From Verrucomicrobiota bacterium (lineage in GTDB: Bacteria > Verrucomicrobiota > Verrucomicrobiia > Verrucomicrobiales > DEV007), in NCBI GenBank assembly GCA_045046875.1, contig JASFYY010000027.1, forward strand, positions 1-45,249: a stretch of DNA of 45,249 nucleotides, in the 5' to 3' direction. This document shows positions 36,626 through 45,249 of this stretch, in pieces. Within the stretch, counting starts at the first letter, position 1. Each line of letters begins with the position of its first letter. The notes beneath the pieces are model-generated. The model made no database searches and was not told the DNA's origin. It was given only the letters and a program-made list of their open reading frames with translations. A program made the translations under genes and the position numbers.

Positions 36626-37564
36626 ATGGCTAAAAAAAGGATCGCTTTTGTTGGAGTAGGAAGAATGGGGGCAAATATGGCCCGTCACCTGAAGGATTTG
36701 AAATACCAGGTCACTGCAGTTTATGATGTGCATCGGGCCAGTGCGGAAGCTTTGGCCGGGGAATTGGGCAAGGGCACAACCGCCTACCGCAAGTTATCGG
36801 AGGTGACGGCCAACGCGGATATTATTTTCACTGTGGTGACTAATGACGCAGCGATGAAGAAAATTTTCTTTGGCAAAAAGGACAATCTGTTGATCGAGGC
36901 AGCGGGCAAGTTGTTTATTAATTGCGCCACGGTATCGCCGGATATGCACCGTGAAGTGACCAAGGTGGCAGCGCGTCGCAAGGCGGATGTGCTGGAGGCC
37001 TGCATGGCGTCGAGCATCAGTCATGCCCGTGAGGGTAAGTTGTATCTGATGATGGGAGGTAAAGAGCAGGTGTTCAAAAAGAACCGCAAGTTGCTCGATG
37101 ATCTGAGCGCCAATTTACAATACGTGGGAACTGCGGGCAAAGCGGCGGAAGTGAAGGCCCTGGTCAACATGGTGATGAACATCAATACGGCGGCTCTGGC
37201 CGAGGGATTGGGTCTGGCTAAGGCGCTGGGTCACGATCTGAAAATGGTGTGTGAAGTTTTTGCCCAGACGGGAGCCAATTCATGGGTGTTGGTGACGGAT
37301 GCGGATGATATGATCGACCGCGATCACGAGTGTTGGTTTTCTGCCGATCATGCGGCCAAGGATTCCGGCATAGCGGCAAAAATCGCACGGCAGAAAAAGC
37401 TGAACCTTCCGGTGAACGCAGCGACCCAGGCGCAGTATGAGCGGATGAAAAAAGAGGGACTGGGGGAACTGGACAAATCGGGTATTGCTGAACTGACTTT
37501 CCCCGGGCGTCATGCCAATCCGAAAAAGAAACGGGCAAAAAAACGGGCAAAACAAAAGCAGTAG
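36626..37564 (+). CDS. NAD(P)-dependent oxidoreductase, 3-hydroxyisobutyrate dehydrogenase family
   Basis: IAFVGVGRMGANMA, INCATVSP, KALVN, AAKDSGIA. Start placed at ATG 36626. Confidence 0.88.
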   Translation: MAKKRIAFVGVGRMGANMARHLKDLKYQVTAVYDVHRASAEALAGELGKGTTAYRKLSEVTANADIIFTVVTNDAAMKKIFFGKKDNLLIEAAGKLFINCATVSPDMHREVTKVAARRKADVLEACMASSISHAREGKLYLMMGGKEQVFKKNRKLLDDLSANLQYVGTAGKAAEVKALVNMVMNINTAALAEGLGLAKALGHDLKMVCEVFAQTGANSWVLVTDADDMIDRDHECWFSADHAAKDSGIAAKIARQKKLNLPVNAATQAQYERMKKEGLGELDKSGIAELTFPGRHANPKKKRAKKRAKQKQ

Positions 37565-37640
37565 GGGCTGCGCATGGGCCGTCTCGCAGTCAAGAAATGG
37601 TGTTAATCATAAGAGGGCATTTCCTGCGTTCGACATTGCC

Positions 37641-38183
37641 ATGAAAAGATTAATTAGCACGTTTGCGTTGTTCACTTGTCTGGCATTCCTCCAAGCAGCG
37701 GGCGCATCTGCCAACGAGGCGACTGAGCTATATACCAGCATGCGCAAGCAGGTGCTAGAGCTTGACGGAAAACAAATCCCCGGGTTTAAGGGCAAGCCGG
37801 TGTGGGCGGTGTTGATGGAAACAGGAAGTGAAGACACGGTGATTAGTGTCGTTGCGGTGGCAGATGGAACAGCAAGCCTGTATTATTCCACTGGTGGCGG
37901 GATGATCGGTCTGGGGAAAAATCCGGGTGTTCGCTCGGCAACTTTAGCTTTTGTGAAAAAATCAGCGTCATTCCTGAAGTTCATGAAGAGAGTCGATGTT
38001 TTTCCCTTACCAAAAACCGGGCAGACTTTTTTCTACCTGGTGACGCCAAAAGCAGTCTTCTCCTATGAAGCGCAGCGGGACGATCTGGGCAGGCAGCAGG
38101 ATAAATTGTCACCCCTGTATTACGCAGGGCATGAACTCATTGCGCAAGTGCGAATCGCTGATCAGAAGCGGAAGGGGCGGTGA
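37641..38183 (+). CDS. Secreted hypothetical protein
   Basis: Signal peptide MKRLIS...ASA; globular region AVLMETG..VAVADGTASLYYSTGGGMIG. Start placed at ATG 37641. Confidence 0.7.
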   Translation: MKRLISTFALFTCLAFLQAAGASANEATELYTSMRKQVLELDGKQIPGFKGKPVWAVLMETGSEDTVISVVAVADGTASLYYSTGGGMIGLGKNPGVRSATLAFVKKSASFLKFMKRVDVFPLPKTGQTFFYLVTPKAVFSYEAQRDDLGRQQDKLSPLYYAGHELIAQVRIADQKRKGR

Positions 38184-38216
38184 GATTTGGTCTGTGTTTC
38201 TCACGTTTGGGGAAAC

Positions 38217-38245
38217 AGGGCAAGCGCAGCGCTCGCTCTACAATT
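38217..38245 (-). repeat. GTAG-type REP-like palindrome
   Basis: Minus strand AATT-GTAG-A-GCGAGCG-ctg-CGCTTGC-CCT. Confidence 0.5.
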
Positions 38246-38254
38246 GGGCTTTTG

Positions 38255-38788
38255 TTAATAGCTCAACAGCGAGTGCACTGGAACGTCTTCTGCAAGTACG
38301 TCGCGGCCATTGAGAAAAGTCAGTTCGATCAAAAATGAAGCAGCTACCAAATGGCCGCCGAGTCGTTTGACCAGCTGGATCGTAGCCGCAGCGGTTCCTC
38401 CGGTGGCCAGAAGGTCGTCAACGATCAATACCCGGTCTCCCGGGGAGATCGCATCACGGTGAACCTCTATCTCCGCTTCGCCGTATTCCAGCGAATAGGA
38501 AATGGACTCTGTCAGGTGAGGTAATTTACCAATCTTCCTAACCGGAATAAACCCCGCTCCCATTTCATGCGCCACCACCGCACCAAAGATAAACCCGCGC
38601 GCATCGATGCCGATGATTTTGTCCACCTGCTGCCCGTCCACGGTTTGTATCAGTTCGCGGATGGCCAATTTAAACACTTCGGGTTGCAGTAGAAGGGGGG
38701 TGATGTCTTTGAAAACGATGCCTTCTTTCGGGAAATCGGGGATATCACGAATCGCTGCATTCAATTGCTCTAAAGTCTCTGGGTTCAT
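38255..38788 (-). CDS. apt: Adenine phosphoribosyltransferase
   Basis: IRDIPDFPKEGIVFKDITPLL, GIDARGF, YSLEYG, VLIVDDLLATGGT. Confidence 0.97.
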   Translation of the reverse strand: MNPETLEQLNAAIRDIPDFPKEGIVFKDITPLLLQPEVFKLAIRELIQTVDGQQVDKIIGIDARGFIFGAVVAHEMGAGFIPVRKIGKLPHLTESISYSLEYGEAEIEVHRDAISPGDRVLIVDDLLATGGTAAATIQLVKRLGGHLVAASFLIELTFLNGRDVLAEDVPVHSLLSY

Positions 38789-38860
38789 GACGGGCAACTA
38801 AGAGGGCTTCACTGTGCAGGTCAAACGAGGCTTGAAAAAACCTGAAGGCAAAGTGCAGAA

Positions 38861-39631
38861 TTATTTTTTACGCCGTTTTTTGGCTTTCTGTCGATTGCTT
38901 CCTTTGCGGTGTTTGCCGACCCGCACACCATGAGCCCGTTTTGGCAGGGGCAAACGGTTCACCGTTGCTATTGCCTTGAGGTAATCCTCGTGGCTCAAGT
39001 TTTCATCAAATTCCCATTCGGGTTCGAGCTCGGCTACGGGCGTTTTTTTTGCAATTTTGCCAGCGGGTGCAGCTGCGCTTGTTTGACCGCTTTTTTTGCG
39101 CTGCTGCTCTTCTTGCTCTTCCTGCTCGCGTTTCCACTTGGCGGCCATGGCTTCTTCCCGTTGCTGGATTTTTTTATAAACGGGGGACTGGATATATGCG
39201 TAATAATCCTGAGGGAAAACATCTCCGTCCTCTCCATGCTCGGACCACACCCGCCAATCTCTCAGGCAGTTACGGATTTCACTTTTTAGCGGGCGAAATC
39301 CAATTTTCTCGTGCATCGCCTCTCTCGCCAATACGGGATCCCAAAGTTCGCCACTGGGAGTTTTGCCAGTGCTGACCAGTTCACGGAAAATCGCAATTTG
39401 CTCTTCGTTCAGCCGCGCGGTAGGGCCTTTATGCCTCCTCAGTCGATACTGATCCCCGTTGTTTAGGTAGCTCTGGTATTCGAGAGAAATATATTGAGGT
39501 GTGACCCCTAGCTCCACGGCCAAATCCTTTTGCGCCTCGCCGTCATCCAAGCGTTTCATCAACGCGAGGCATTTTTTCTGGCCCATATCAGCAAAAATGC
39601 TCTTTTTTTTCTGTTTTTCCTCACTCGACAT
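38861..39631 (-). CDS. HTH protein resembling the IS630 transposase N-terminal DNA-binding region, with a non-transposase C-terminus
   Basis: GEAQKDLAVELGVTPQYIS..Y...G....GPTARLNEEQ...ELWD...IGFRPLKSEIRNCL; no DDE domain; Lys/Arg-rich tail. Confidence 0.6.
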   Translation of the reverse strand: MSSEEKQKKKSIFADMGQKKCLALMKRLDDGEAQKDLAVELGVTPQYISLEYQSYLNNGDQYRLRRHKGPTARLNEEQIAIFRELVSTGKTPSGELWDPVLAREAMHEKIGFRPLKSEIRNCLRDWRVWSEHGEDGDVFPQDYYAYIQSPVYKKIQQREEAMAAKWKREQEEQEEQQRKKSGQTSAAAPAGKIAKKTPVAELEPEWEFDENLSHEDYLKAIATVNRLPLPKRAHGVRVGKHRKGSNRQKAKKRRKK

Positions 39632-39814
39632 AAAATCACAAATAGACCACACCGCCCTTCAGGTTGGTCTGCAGTTTGATGGAAAATGCGGATAGCGTCA
39701 AATTTCGTTTCTATTTTCGGAAGATTCAGAGCCTTTTTCCATTTTTGCCCTCCGCAACACCTCTGATGCAACTATTTGCAATGGGCAGGGCGTTCTCTTA
39801 TGATGCAGACCCCG

Positions 39815-40594
39815 ATGGATAAAATTTTCCTGATAATTTCAACTGTATGCTTTTTTGGTAGTTTTGCTTATGCCGTCAATGGATTGCGTGCGGGCAGGCA
39901 CCACGACAACCGCGCCAACCTACTGGTGATGGGCGTAGGTTTTCTGTTTCTCTGCGCTACGCTCTATCTAAGGGGCGAGATTCACCACCGCTGCCCGATC
40001 ACCTCCTTGCATGAAGTGCTCATCTTTCTCAGTTGGAGCATGGTTTTGCTCTATTTTATTCTGGGCAAGACCTTTCGCCTATCGTTGCTCGGCGTTTTCA
40101 CAGCGCCCTTGGTACTGCTTTTCCAATTAGCCGCCCTGGTGGGATTTTTCCTCGAAGGCGAACCTGCGGCTATTGGCAAGGATACGGATAAAATCGATGG
40201 CTGGCTGGAGCTGCACGCTTCGGTTTCATTGGTCTCCTTTGGCGCGCTCGCCCTGGCTGGCGTCGCGGGCCTGATGTATCTGGTGCAAAACAGACAACTA
40301 AAGCGCAAGCAGTTAAAAGCGCTGTTTTATAACCTGCCTCCGATCCGCTATCTGCTCACCGCGGTGGTGCGATTGATCGTGATCGGAGTCGTTCTGCTCA
40401 CCATAGGCACCATTTCCGCTTTTTTTATGCGCAATGTGCCGATTCCTCTGCATCAGGGTTTATCGATACTGACTTGGTTGGCCTACGTGATTTTACTCGC
40501 CCTGTATTTGAGCAAACGAATAGGCAATACCAAATTTGCCCAGGGTGCCATGGTGCTTTTTTCCCTGCCTATCCTGATCCTGCTGATCCTGTGA
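39815..40594 (+). CDS. Cytochrome c assembly (CcsA/HemX-like) membrane protein
   Basis: Multi-TM, CPITSLHE, WLELHAS, MYLVQNRQLK, LPPI; first gene before hemA. Confidence 0.8.
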   Translation: MDKIFLIISTVCFFGSFAYAVNGLRAGRHHDNRANLLVMGVGFLFLCATLYLRGEIHHRCPITSLHEVLIFLSWSMVLLYFILGKTFRLSLLGVFTAPLVLLFQLAALVGFFLEGEPAAIGKDTDKIDGWLELHASVSLVSFGALALAGVAGLMYLVQNRQLKRKQLKALFYNLPPIRYLLTAVVRLIVIGVVLLTIGTISAFFMRNVPIPLHQGLSILTWLAYVILLALYLSKRIGNTKFAQGAMVLFSLPILILLIL

Positions 40595-40604
40595 TTCTTT
40601 TTAA

Positions 40605-41708
40605 ATGAACATTCTTTGCCTAGGTGTGAATCATGAATCCGCTGCTGTAGAAATACGGGAGCGTATGGCTTTTGCGCACAAACATCTAGCCGAATCCCTG
40701 CACGAAATCCAGGCGCTCGATTCGATTGAAGAGGTGGTGGTGTTATCGACTTGCAACCGGGTAGAAATCTATGTCACCTCACAAAACATGGAACCGGGAT
40801 TTGATCAGTTGAGAAGCTACCTGGACAATCATTTTGAAATGCAGGTGGGTGAAACCGTCGATTTTTATAAACTGCACAATGAAGGCGCCGCCCGTCATCT
40901 GTTTGCTGTCGCCGGAGGACTGGATTCGATGGTGCTAGGTGAAACCGAGATTTTTGGCCAGGTCAAAAAAGCTTACGCCGATGCCCAGCAAGCCGGTTCC
41001 ACATCGCGAACCTTGAACAAATTGTTTCAGCAAACCTTCCGCGCAGGCAAATTGGTTCGCACCAGTACCCAGTTGACCCGTGGAGCCACCTCGGTAGGAT
41101 CGGTCGCCGTTGATCTGGCAGAGAAAATTTTTGGCAATCTCAATACTTGCCGGGTCATGTTGATTGGCGCAGGTGACATGAGTCGCCGTACCGCCAAAAG
41201 CTTGCACTCACGAGGAGCCAAGAGCATCATCGTTTCCAACCGCTCTTATGACAACGCGGTGAAGTTAGCTGAGGAAATGGATGGCAAGGCGATTCATTTT
41301 GATCATTGGAGCGACTCCCTAAACGAGGTGGACATCATCGTCAGCTCTACCGCAGCCCCTCATCAGGTGATTCATGCGGAAATGATCAGCGCCGCCATGC
41401 CGCAGCGTGGTCATCAACCTTTGTTTGTGATCGATATTGCCGTGCCTCGTGACGTGGATCCTGCCGTCAGTGATATCGAAAACGTCTACCTCTACGACAT
41501 CGATGCGCTGGAGGGCATCGCTTCCCAAACCCGCAACGAACGAAAAAAACAAGTCGCTTTTTGCGATCAGGTATTGGATCAATTCATCGAAGAGCACGGC
41601 ATCGAGGCCCTCGTCCCTTCACCCGGTGGTCCTCCTCAAAAAACGCTCAAATCAGATCAGACCCATTCTCAGGATTCAGCATCCTCTCAAGCTTTACCAG
41701 AATCATGA
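40605..41708 (+). CDS. hemA: Glutamyl-tRNA reductase
   Basis: LSTCNRVE, LDSMVLGETEIFGQVK, IGAGDM, IDIAVPRD. Confidence 0.97.
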   Translation: MNILCLGVNHESAAVEIRERMAFAHKHLAESLHEIQALDSIEEVVVLSTCNRVEIYVTSQNMEPGFDQLRSYLDNHFEMQVGETVDFYKLHNEGAARHLFAVAGGLDSMVLGETEIFGQVKKAYADAQQAGSTSRTLNKLFQQTFRAGKLVRTSTQLTRGATSVGSVAVDLAEKIFGNLNTCRVMLIGAGDMSRRTAKSLHSRGAKSIIVSNRSYDNAVKLAEEMDGKAIHFDHWSDSLNEVDIIVSSTAAPHQVIHAEMISAAMPQRGHQPLFVIDIAVPRDVDPAVSDIENVYLYDIDALEGIASQTRNERKKQVAFCDQVLDQFIEEHGIEALVPSPGGPPQKTLKSDQTHSQDSASSQALPES

Positions 41709-42715
41709 GCGAAAATATTGACAAAGGACCAGCTTTAATTCTGGGCAGCCGAGGCAGTGACCTGGCCGTCACCCAGGTGCGACAAACCGAAGCCCGCCTG
41801 CTCGAAGCCGGTCAGGCCCAGGTAGCAGTCCGTATCATCCAAACCGTTGGGGACAAACGCCCCGACCTCAAATTGTCCGAGTTCAGTGACCCTGCGGCTT
41901 TCGGCGGCGAAGCTATTGTCGACAAAGGCATTTTCACCAAAGAATTGGAAGAAGCCTTGCTCGCTGGAGAAATCCACGCCGCTGTTCACAGCCTCAAGGA
42001 TGTGCCAACCGAATTGCACCAGGATTTTATCATCACAGCATCGCTGGAAAGAGAGCAGATCGAGGATGTGCTGTTATCGAGAAACGCAAATGAACCTTAC
42101 AGTGTCGAAACTCTGCCGCAGAGTGGAACGGTAGCCACTAGTAGTGTTAGGCGCGCGCGTCAATTGAGTTGGCTGCGACCGGATCTCAAGCTGGTCGACA
42201 TCCGTGGCAATGTGCCGACCCGTATTCACAAACTTATAGCCGATCCGCAATGGGACGCCATCATGTTGGCGCGGGCCGGGCTCAAACGACTCGGTTTTTT
42301 GGATAACGATGAACCATGCGGTCAGTTGAATTTTGACTCGGATACCCCGGTGGGATTCTGCGTATTGGATGCCGGCGAATTTTTGCCGGCTGCGGGACAA
42401 GGGGCCATTGGCATCGAGTCGCGTCATGCGGATGCCAGCACCAATGAGGCTTTGGCATTGATCAATCACCAACCCACTTTTGCCCGAGTCAATGCCGAAC
42501 GAGCTTTTCTGGCGCGGCTGCAAGCCGGTTGCCAAACCCCTGTGGGGCTCTACACCTGGTGGAGCGCCGATGATTCCGTGTTGAACATGAAAACTCGAAT
42601 TTTTGATGAAGAAAATCTGGACGCCCCGCCTCGTGAAGGCGAAGTGAGTGCAGCTGCCTCTGGTACCCCTGAAGATCTGGCAGATCAATTGATGCAAAAA
42701 ATTTATGGCAACTAA
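41705..42715 (+). CDS. hemC: Hydroxymethylbilane synthase (porphobilinogen deaminase)
   Basis: GSRGSDLA, KGIFTKELE, AVHSLKD, TSSVRR, IRGNVPTR, AGCQTP; ATGA overlap with hemA. Confidence 0.96.
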   Translation: MSENIDKGPALILGSRGSDLAVTQVRQTEARLLEAGQAQVAVRIIQTVGDKRPDLKLSEFSDPAAFGGEAIVDKGIFTKELEEALLAGEIHAAVHSLKDVPTELHQDFIITASLEREQIEDVLLSRNANEPYSVETLPQSGTVATSSVRRARQLSWLRPDLKLVDIRGNVPTRIHKLIADPQWDAIMLARAGLKRLGFLDNDEPCGQLNFDSDTPVGFCVLDAGEFLPAAGQGAIGIESRHADASTNEALALINHQPTFARVNAERAFLARLQAGCQTPVGLYTWWSADDSVLNMKTRIFDEENLDAPPREGEVSAAASGTPEDLADQLMQKIYGN

Positions 42716-44246
42716 AAAGGGAAAACGGCAAGAGGCTCTAGCGGGAGTATGTTATCTGGTAGGAGCCGGCCCCGGTGATCCGGGTCTGATCACGGTGCGT
42801 GGACGTGAGTGCATTGAGAGTGCCGATGTGGTGATCTATGATTACCTCTCCAGCCCGGAATTGCTCACCTGGGCAAAAAATGAAGCTGAATTGATTTATG
42901 CCGGAAAAAAAGCACCTGCACCGAAACAGCAGCAGGGCTCGATCAATCAAATGATGATCGAAAAGGCCAAACAAGGCAAAACGGTGACCCGACTCAAAGG
43001 CGGCGACCCGCTGGTTTTCGGTCGTGGCGGCGAAGAAGCCGCTGAATTAAAAGCCGCCGGGGTGCGCTTCGAAATAGTACCCGGCATCAGTTCTGTTTTT
43101 GCTGCTCCCGCTTTCGCAGGCATTCCTGTCACACACCGGCTCTACAATTCCAGTCTAACTATATTTACTGGCCATGAGGATCCTGATAAAAAGGCACCTG
43201 CCATAGATTACAAAAAAATCGCTGCGGCCGATGGCACCAAAGTGGTGCTGATGGGAGTCGAAAATCTGGCACGCATTTGTGATCAACTGATCGAACACGG
43301 AGCCACCGCCAACACACCCTGCGCTCTGATTCGCTGGGCGACCACCGGCAGTCAGGAAACACTGACCGCTTCCCTGGATGCGATTGCCCTACTCGCCGAG
43401 AAACGCCAGTTTCGCGCGCCCGCAGTGCTGGTAATCGGAGAGGTCGTCAATTTAAGAAACGACCTCAGTTGGTTCGAAGACCAACCGCTGTTCGGCAAAC
43501 GAGTGATCGTCACCCGCACCCGTCGCACCGCCGGCACTTTGAGCAGTCAACTGCGCAAACTCGGCGCCGATATCATAGAGATCCCTACCACCCGCATTGA
43601 AAAGCCCACTGACGAGATGGCCTTTGGCGAGTTGGTGATGGATTGTCATCGTTATGACTGGCTGATTTTTTCCAGTCCCAATGGAGTGGATCGCTTTTTT
43701 AAGATTTTCTACAAAATCTACAAAGACGCCCGTGAAATCGGCGGAGCCAAAATCGCCGCCATCGGACCTGGCACCGCTGAGAAAATCAAAGAATATCATC
43801 TCGGCGTAGATCTGTTGCCGAAAAAATCCGTAGCCGAATCTTTAGCTGATGCCTTCGAAAAAATGGGTTCCAGCATTGAGAATCTTTCCATGCTGTGGGT
43901 GCGCCCGGAAAAAGCCCGCCCGGTTTTATCCCAACGACTCAATGCGGCCGGCGTGATACTCGATGAAGCCATCGCCTACCGAACCGTCTCCGATACCGAC
44001 GACATCACCGGCGCTCTTGAGCGCTTCAATCATGAAGGCGCCGACATCATTACTTTCACCAGTTCTTCCTCCGTCGAAGGGTTTTTGAAGCTCAAACTCA
44101 AACTGCCCGAGCAACTGAAAATCGTCAGCATCGGCCCCGCCACCTCACGCACCTTGAAAGCCGCCGGTCTCGACGTCGATATCGAAGCAAAAGAACACAA
44201 TATCGACGGCCTGATTAAAGCGGTGAGGAAAATCGCTAAAAAATAA
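42705..44246 (+). CDS. cobA-hemD: Uroporphyrinogen-III C-methyltransferase / uroporphyrinogen-III synthase fusion
   Basis: LVGAGPGDPGLIT, RLKGGDPLVFGRGGEE, then PLFGKRVIVTR, FSSPNGV, FTSSSSV, SIGPAT. Confidence 0.95.
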   Translation: MATKKGKRQEALAGVCYLVGAGPGDPGLITVRGRECIESADVVIYDYLSSPELLTWAKNEAELIYAGKKAPAPKQQQGSINQMMIEKAKQGKTVTRLKGGDPLVFGRGGEEAAELKAAGVRFEIVPGISSVFAAPAFAGIPVTHRLYNSSLTIFTGHEDPDKKAPAIDYKKIAAADGTKVVLMGVENLARICDQLIEHGATANTPCALIRWATTGSQETLTASLDAIALLAEKRQFRAPAVLVIGEVVNLRNDLSWFEDQPLFGKRVIVTRTRRTAGTLSSQLRKLGADIIEIPTTRIEKPTDEMAFGELVMDCHRYDWLIFSSPNGVDRFFKIFYKIYKDAREIGGAKIAAIGPGTAEKIKEYHLGVDLLPKKSVAESLADAFEKMGSSIENLSMLWVRPEKARPVLSQRLNAAGVILDEAIAYRTVSDTDDITGALERFNHEGADIITFTSSSSVEGFLKLKLKLPEQLKIVSIGPATSRTLKAAGLDVDIEAKEHNIDGLIKAVRKIAKK

Positions 44247-44257
44247 TTTCTATATCA

Positions 44258-44290
44258 AACCACTGATGTTCACTGATAAACACTGATAAA
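44258..44290 (+). repeat. Short tandem repeat (CACTGAT x3, 10 bp period)
   Basis: aacCACTGATgttCACTGATaaaCACTGATaaa. Confidence 0.65.
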
Positions 44291-44374
44291 GAGGGGAGAG
44301 GGAATTTACCTGGATGGACTGGATGGGAAAGAAGCTGTTTAGGCTTTTAATACCATTTGAACAGTTAGATTGTC

Positions 44375-44482
44375 GGAATGCCGGAGAGATTTACCGTCCA
44401 ATCAAGGCGTCGCGAGGGAGTGTGGCGGGCCACACGACTGAGCGAGAACGCTGAGTTGACGGCAAAGATCTCGGCTTCTTCC
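44375..44482. repeat. Long imperfect stem-loop (MITE-like or structured RNA-like element)
   Basis: Outer arms GGAA-GCCG-AGAT-TT-CCGTC-TCA-GCG-TCGC pair with GCGA-CGC-TGA-GACGG-AA-ATCT-CGGC-TTCC; inner hairpin GTGTGGC-gg-GCCACAC (44420-44435). Confidence 0.6.
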
Positions 44483-44560
44483 CTTTTGGCGCGCAGCGCG
44501 TGTTCCTTACTCCCATAGATGTTCATTACGATGATATAACTGTGAAAATGGTATAAGCCA

Positions 44561-44587
44561 AATTGTAGGGCGATCGCACCGATTGCC
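44561..44587 (+). repeat. GTAG-type REP-like palindrome
   Basis: AATT-GTAG-GGCGATCG-cac-CGATTGCC. Confidence 0.5.
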
Positions 44588-44695
44588 GCCGCCTTCCTCC
44601 GTAACACAAATTTCCGTATTTGTTTTTTATCCCTCAACAGATAAAATCAACTGTGCAGGAGAGAACGAAATAATCTCAAATTTCAAATTCCTCTC

Positions 44696-45249
44696 TCACA
44701 ACTCATCCAACGGACTGATCACACCACCACCGCGCCGATTCATCACATGAGTGTAAATCTCCGTCGTTTTCACATTGGCATGCCCTAGCAACTCCTGCAC
44801 TGTGCGGATATCCCTGCCCTGATCCAGCAAATGCGTCGCAAAACTGTGCCGCAACACATGACAAGACACCCGCTTGTGAATGCTCGCTTTGACCGCCAAA
44901 GTCTTCACCGCCTTCTGCACCGCACTTTCCCCGGTATGATGGCGGCGCACCACCTTTGCCCGTGGATCCAGTGCCAAAACCCGCGAAGGAAATACCCAAA
45001 ACCACGCCCACTCCTTGCTCGCCCCTGGATACTTGCGCTCCAAGGCTCCCGGCATCCACACTCCCTCCACCCCGGCCTCCCGGTCGTTATCATACAAGAG
45101 CTTGCCCATTTCCAGTTGTTCACGCAAATCCTTTTCCAAACTCGCTGGCAAGGGCGTGCGTCGATCCTTCCCCCCTTTACCATCACGCACCATCACCAGT
45201 CCATTGGCAAAATCCACATCCTTAACCCGCAGCCGCATGCACTCCATCA
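44696..45249 (-). CDS. intI: Integron integrase (tyrosine recombinase), 5' end outside the window
   Basis: [18 protein letters not shown], the integron-specific insertion ([27 protein letters not shown]), [32 protein letters not shown]-terminal SPLD. Confidence 0.95.
   Translation of the reverse strand, partial: MECMRLRVKDVDFANGLVMVRDGKGGKDRRTPLPASLEKDLREQLEMGKLLYDNDREAGVEGVWMPGALERKYPGASKEWAWFWVFPSRVLALDPRAKVVRRHHTGESAVQKAVKTLAVKASIHKRVSCHVLRHSFATHLLDQGRDIRTVQELLGHANVKTTEIYTHVMNRRGGGVISPLDEL

Noticed and set aside
41561..41704. N-terminal extension of hemC in the ORF track
   Set aside because: Overlaps hemA; the ATGA-coupled start at 41705 is more plausible
44443..44508. attC-like site on the minus strand (AAGGAAC ... 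CGTCAAC-TCAGC-GTTCTCG, 66 bp, with plausible extrahelical G and T)
   Set aside because: The left spacer is only 4 nt, the L box has mismatches, no intact cassette ORF precedes it, and half of it pairs better within the 44375-44482 stem-loop. It cannot be fully excluded; an attC covariance-model scan would decide.
44365..44637. 90 aa minus-strand ORF downstream of intI
   Set aside because: Runs through repeat and palindromic DNA, has no recognisable motif and a TTG start; probably spurious
1..45249. CRISPR array, tRNA, rRNA or known riboswitch
   Set aside because: No regularly spaced repeats or recognisable RNA gene motifs seen in the intergenic regions by eye; a covariance-model scan was not possible

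Overview
Chromosomal segment from a bacterium that looks like a Verrucomicrobiota member. This is inferred from gene content and order (sulfatases, SHD1-domain protein, CII-like regulator, ccsA-hemA-hemC-cobA/hemD), not from a marker gene. Core genes: 3' end of a MoxR ATPase, exbB-exbD plus two small membrane proteins, fabF, lnt, mreB-mreC-mreD-mrdA-RNase E/G, an ActP-like symporter with DUF4212, an Aas-like acyl-ACP synthetase, apt and a heme/siroheme operon. An accessory block (about 20-39 kb) holds two sulfatases, a CPBP protease, a PadR / HAAS-LemA fusion / TPM-TPR lipoprotein / AhpD operon, a sialate O-acetylesterase, a c-type heme lipoprotein, a solo dynamin-like GTPase, a GNAT-PLP aminotransferase fusion, a Phd-PIN toxin-antitoxin pair split by a hairpin insert, AlkD and an IS630-HTH-derived protein. 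The window ends inside an integron integrase, whose 3' flank is packed with several kinds of small repeats. The best candidate for an undescribed system is the PadR / HAAS-LemA / TPM-TPR operon. All domain calls come from motif recognition by eye; no searches were run.
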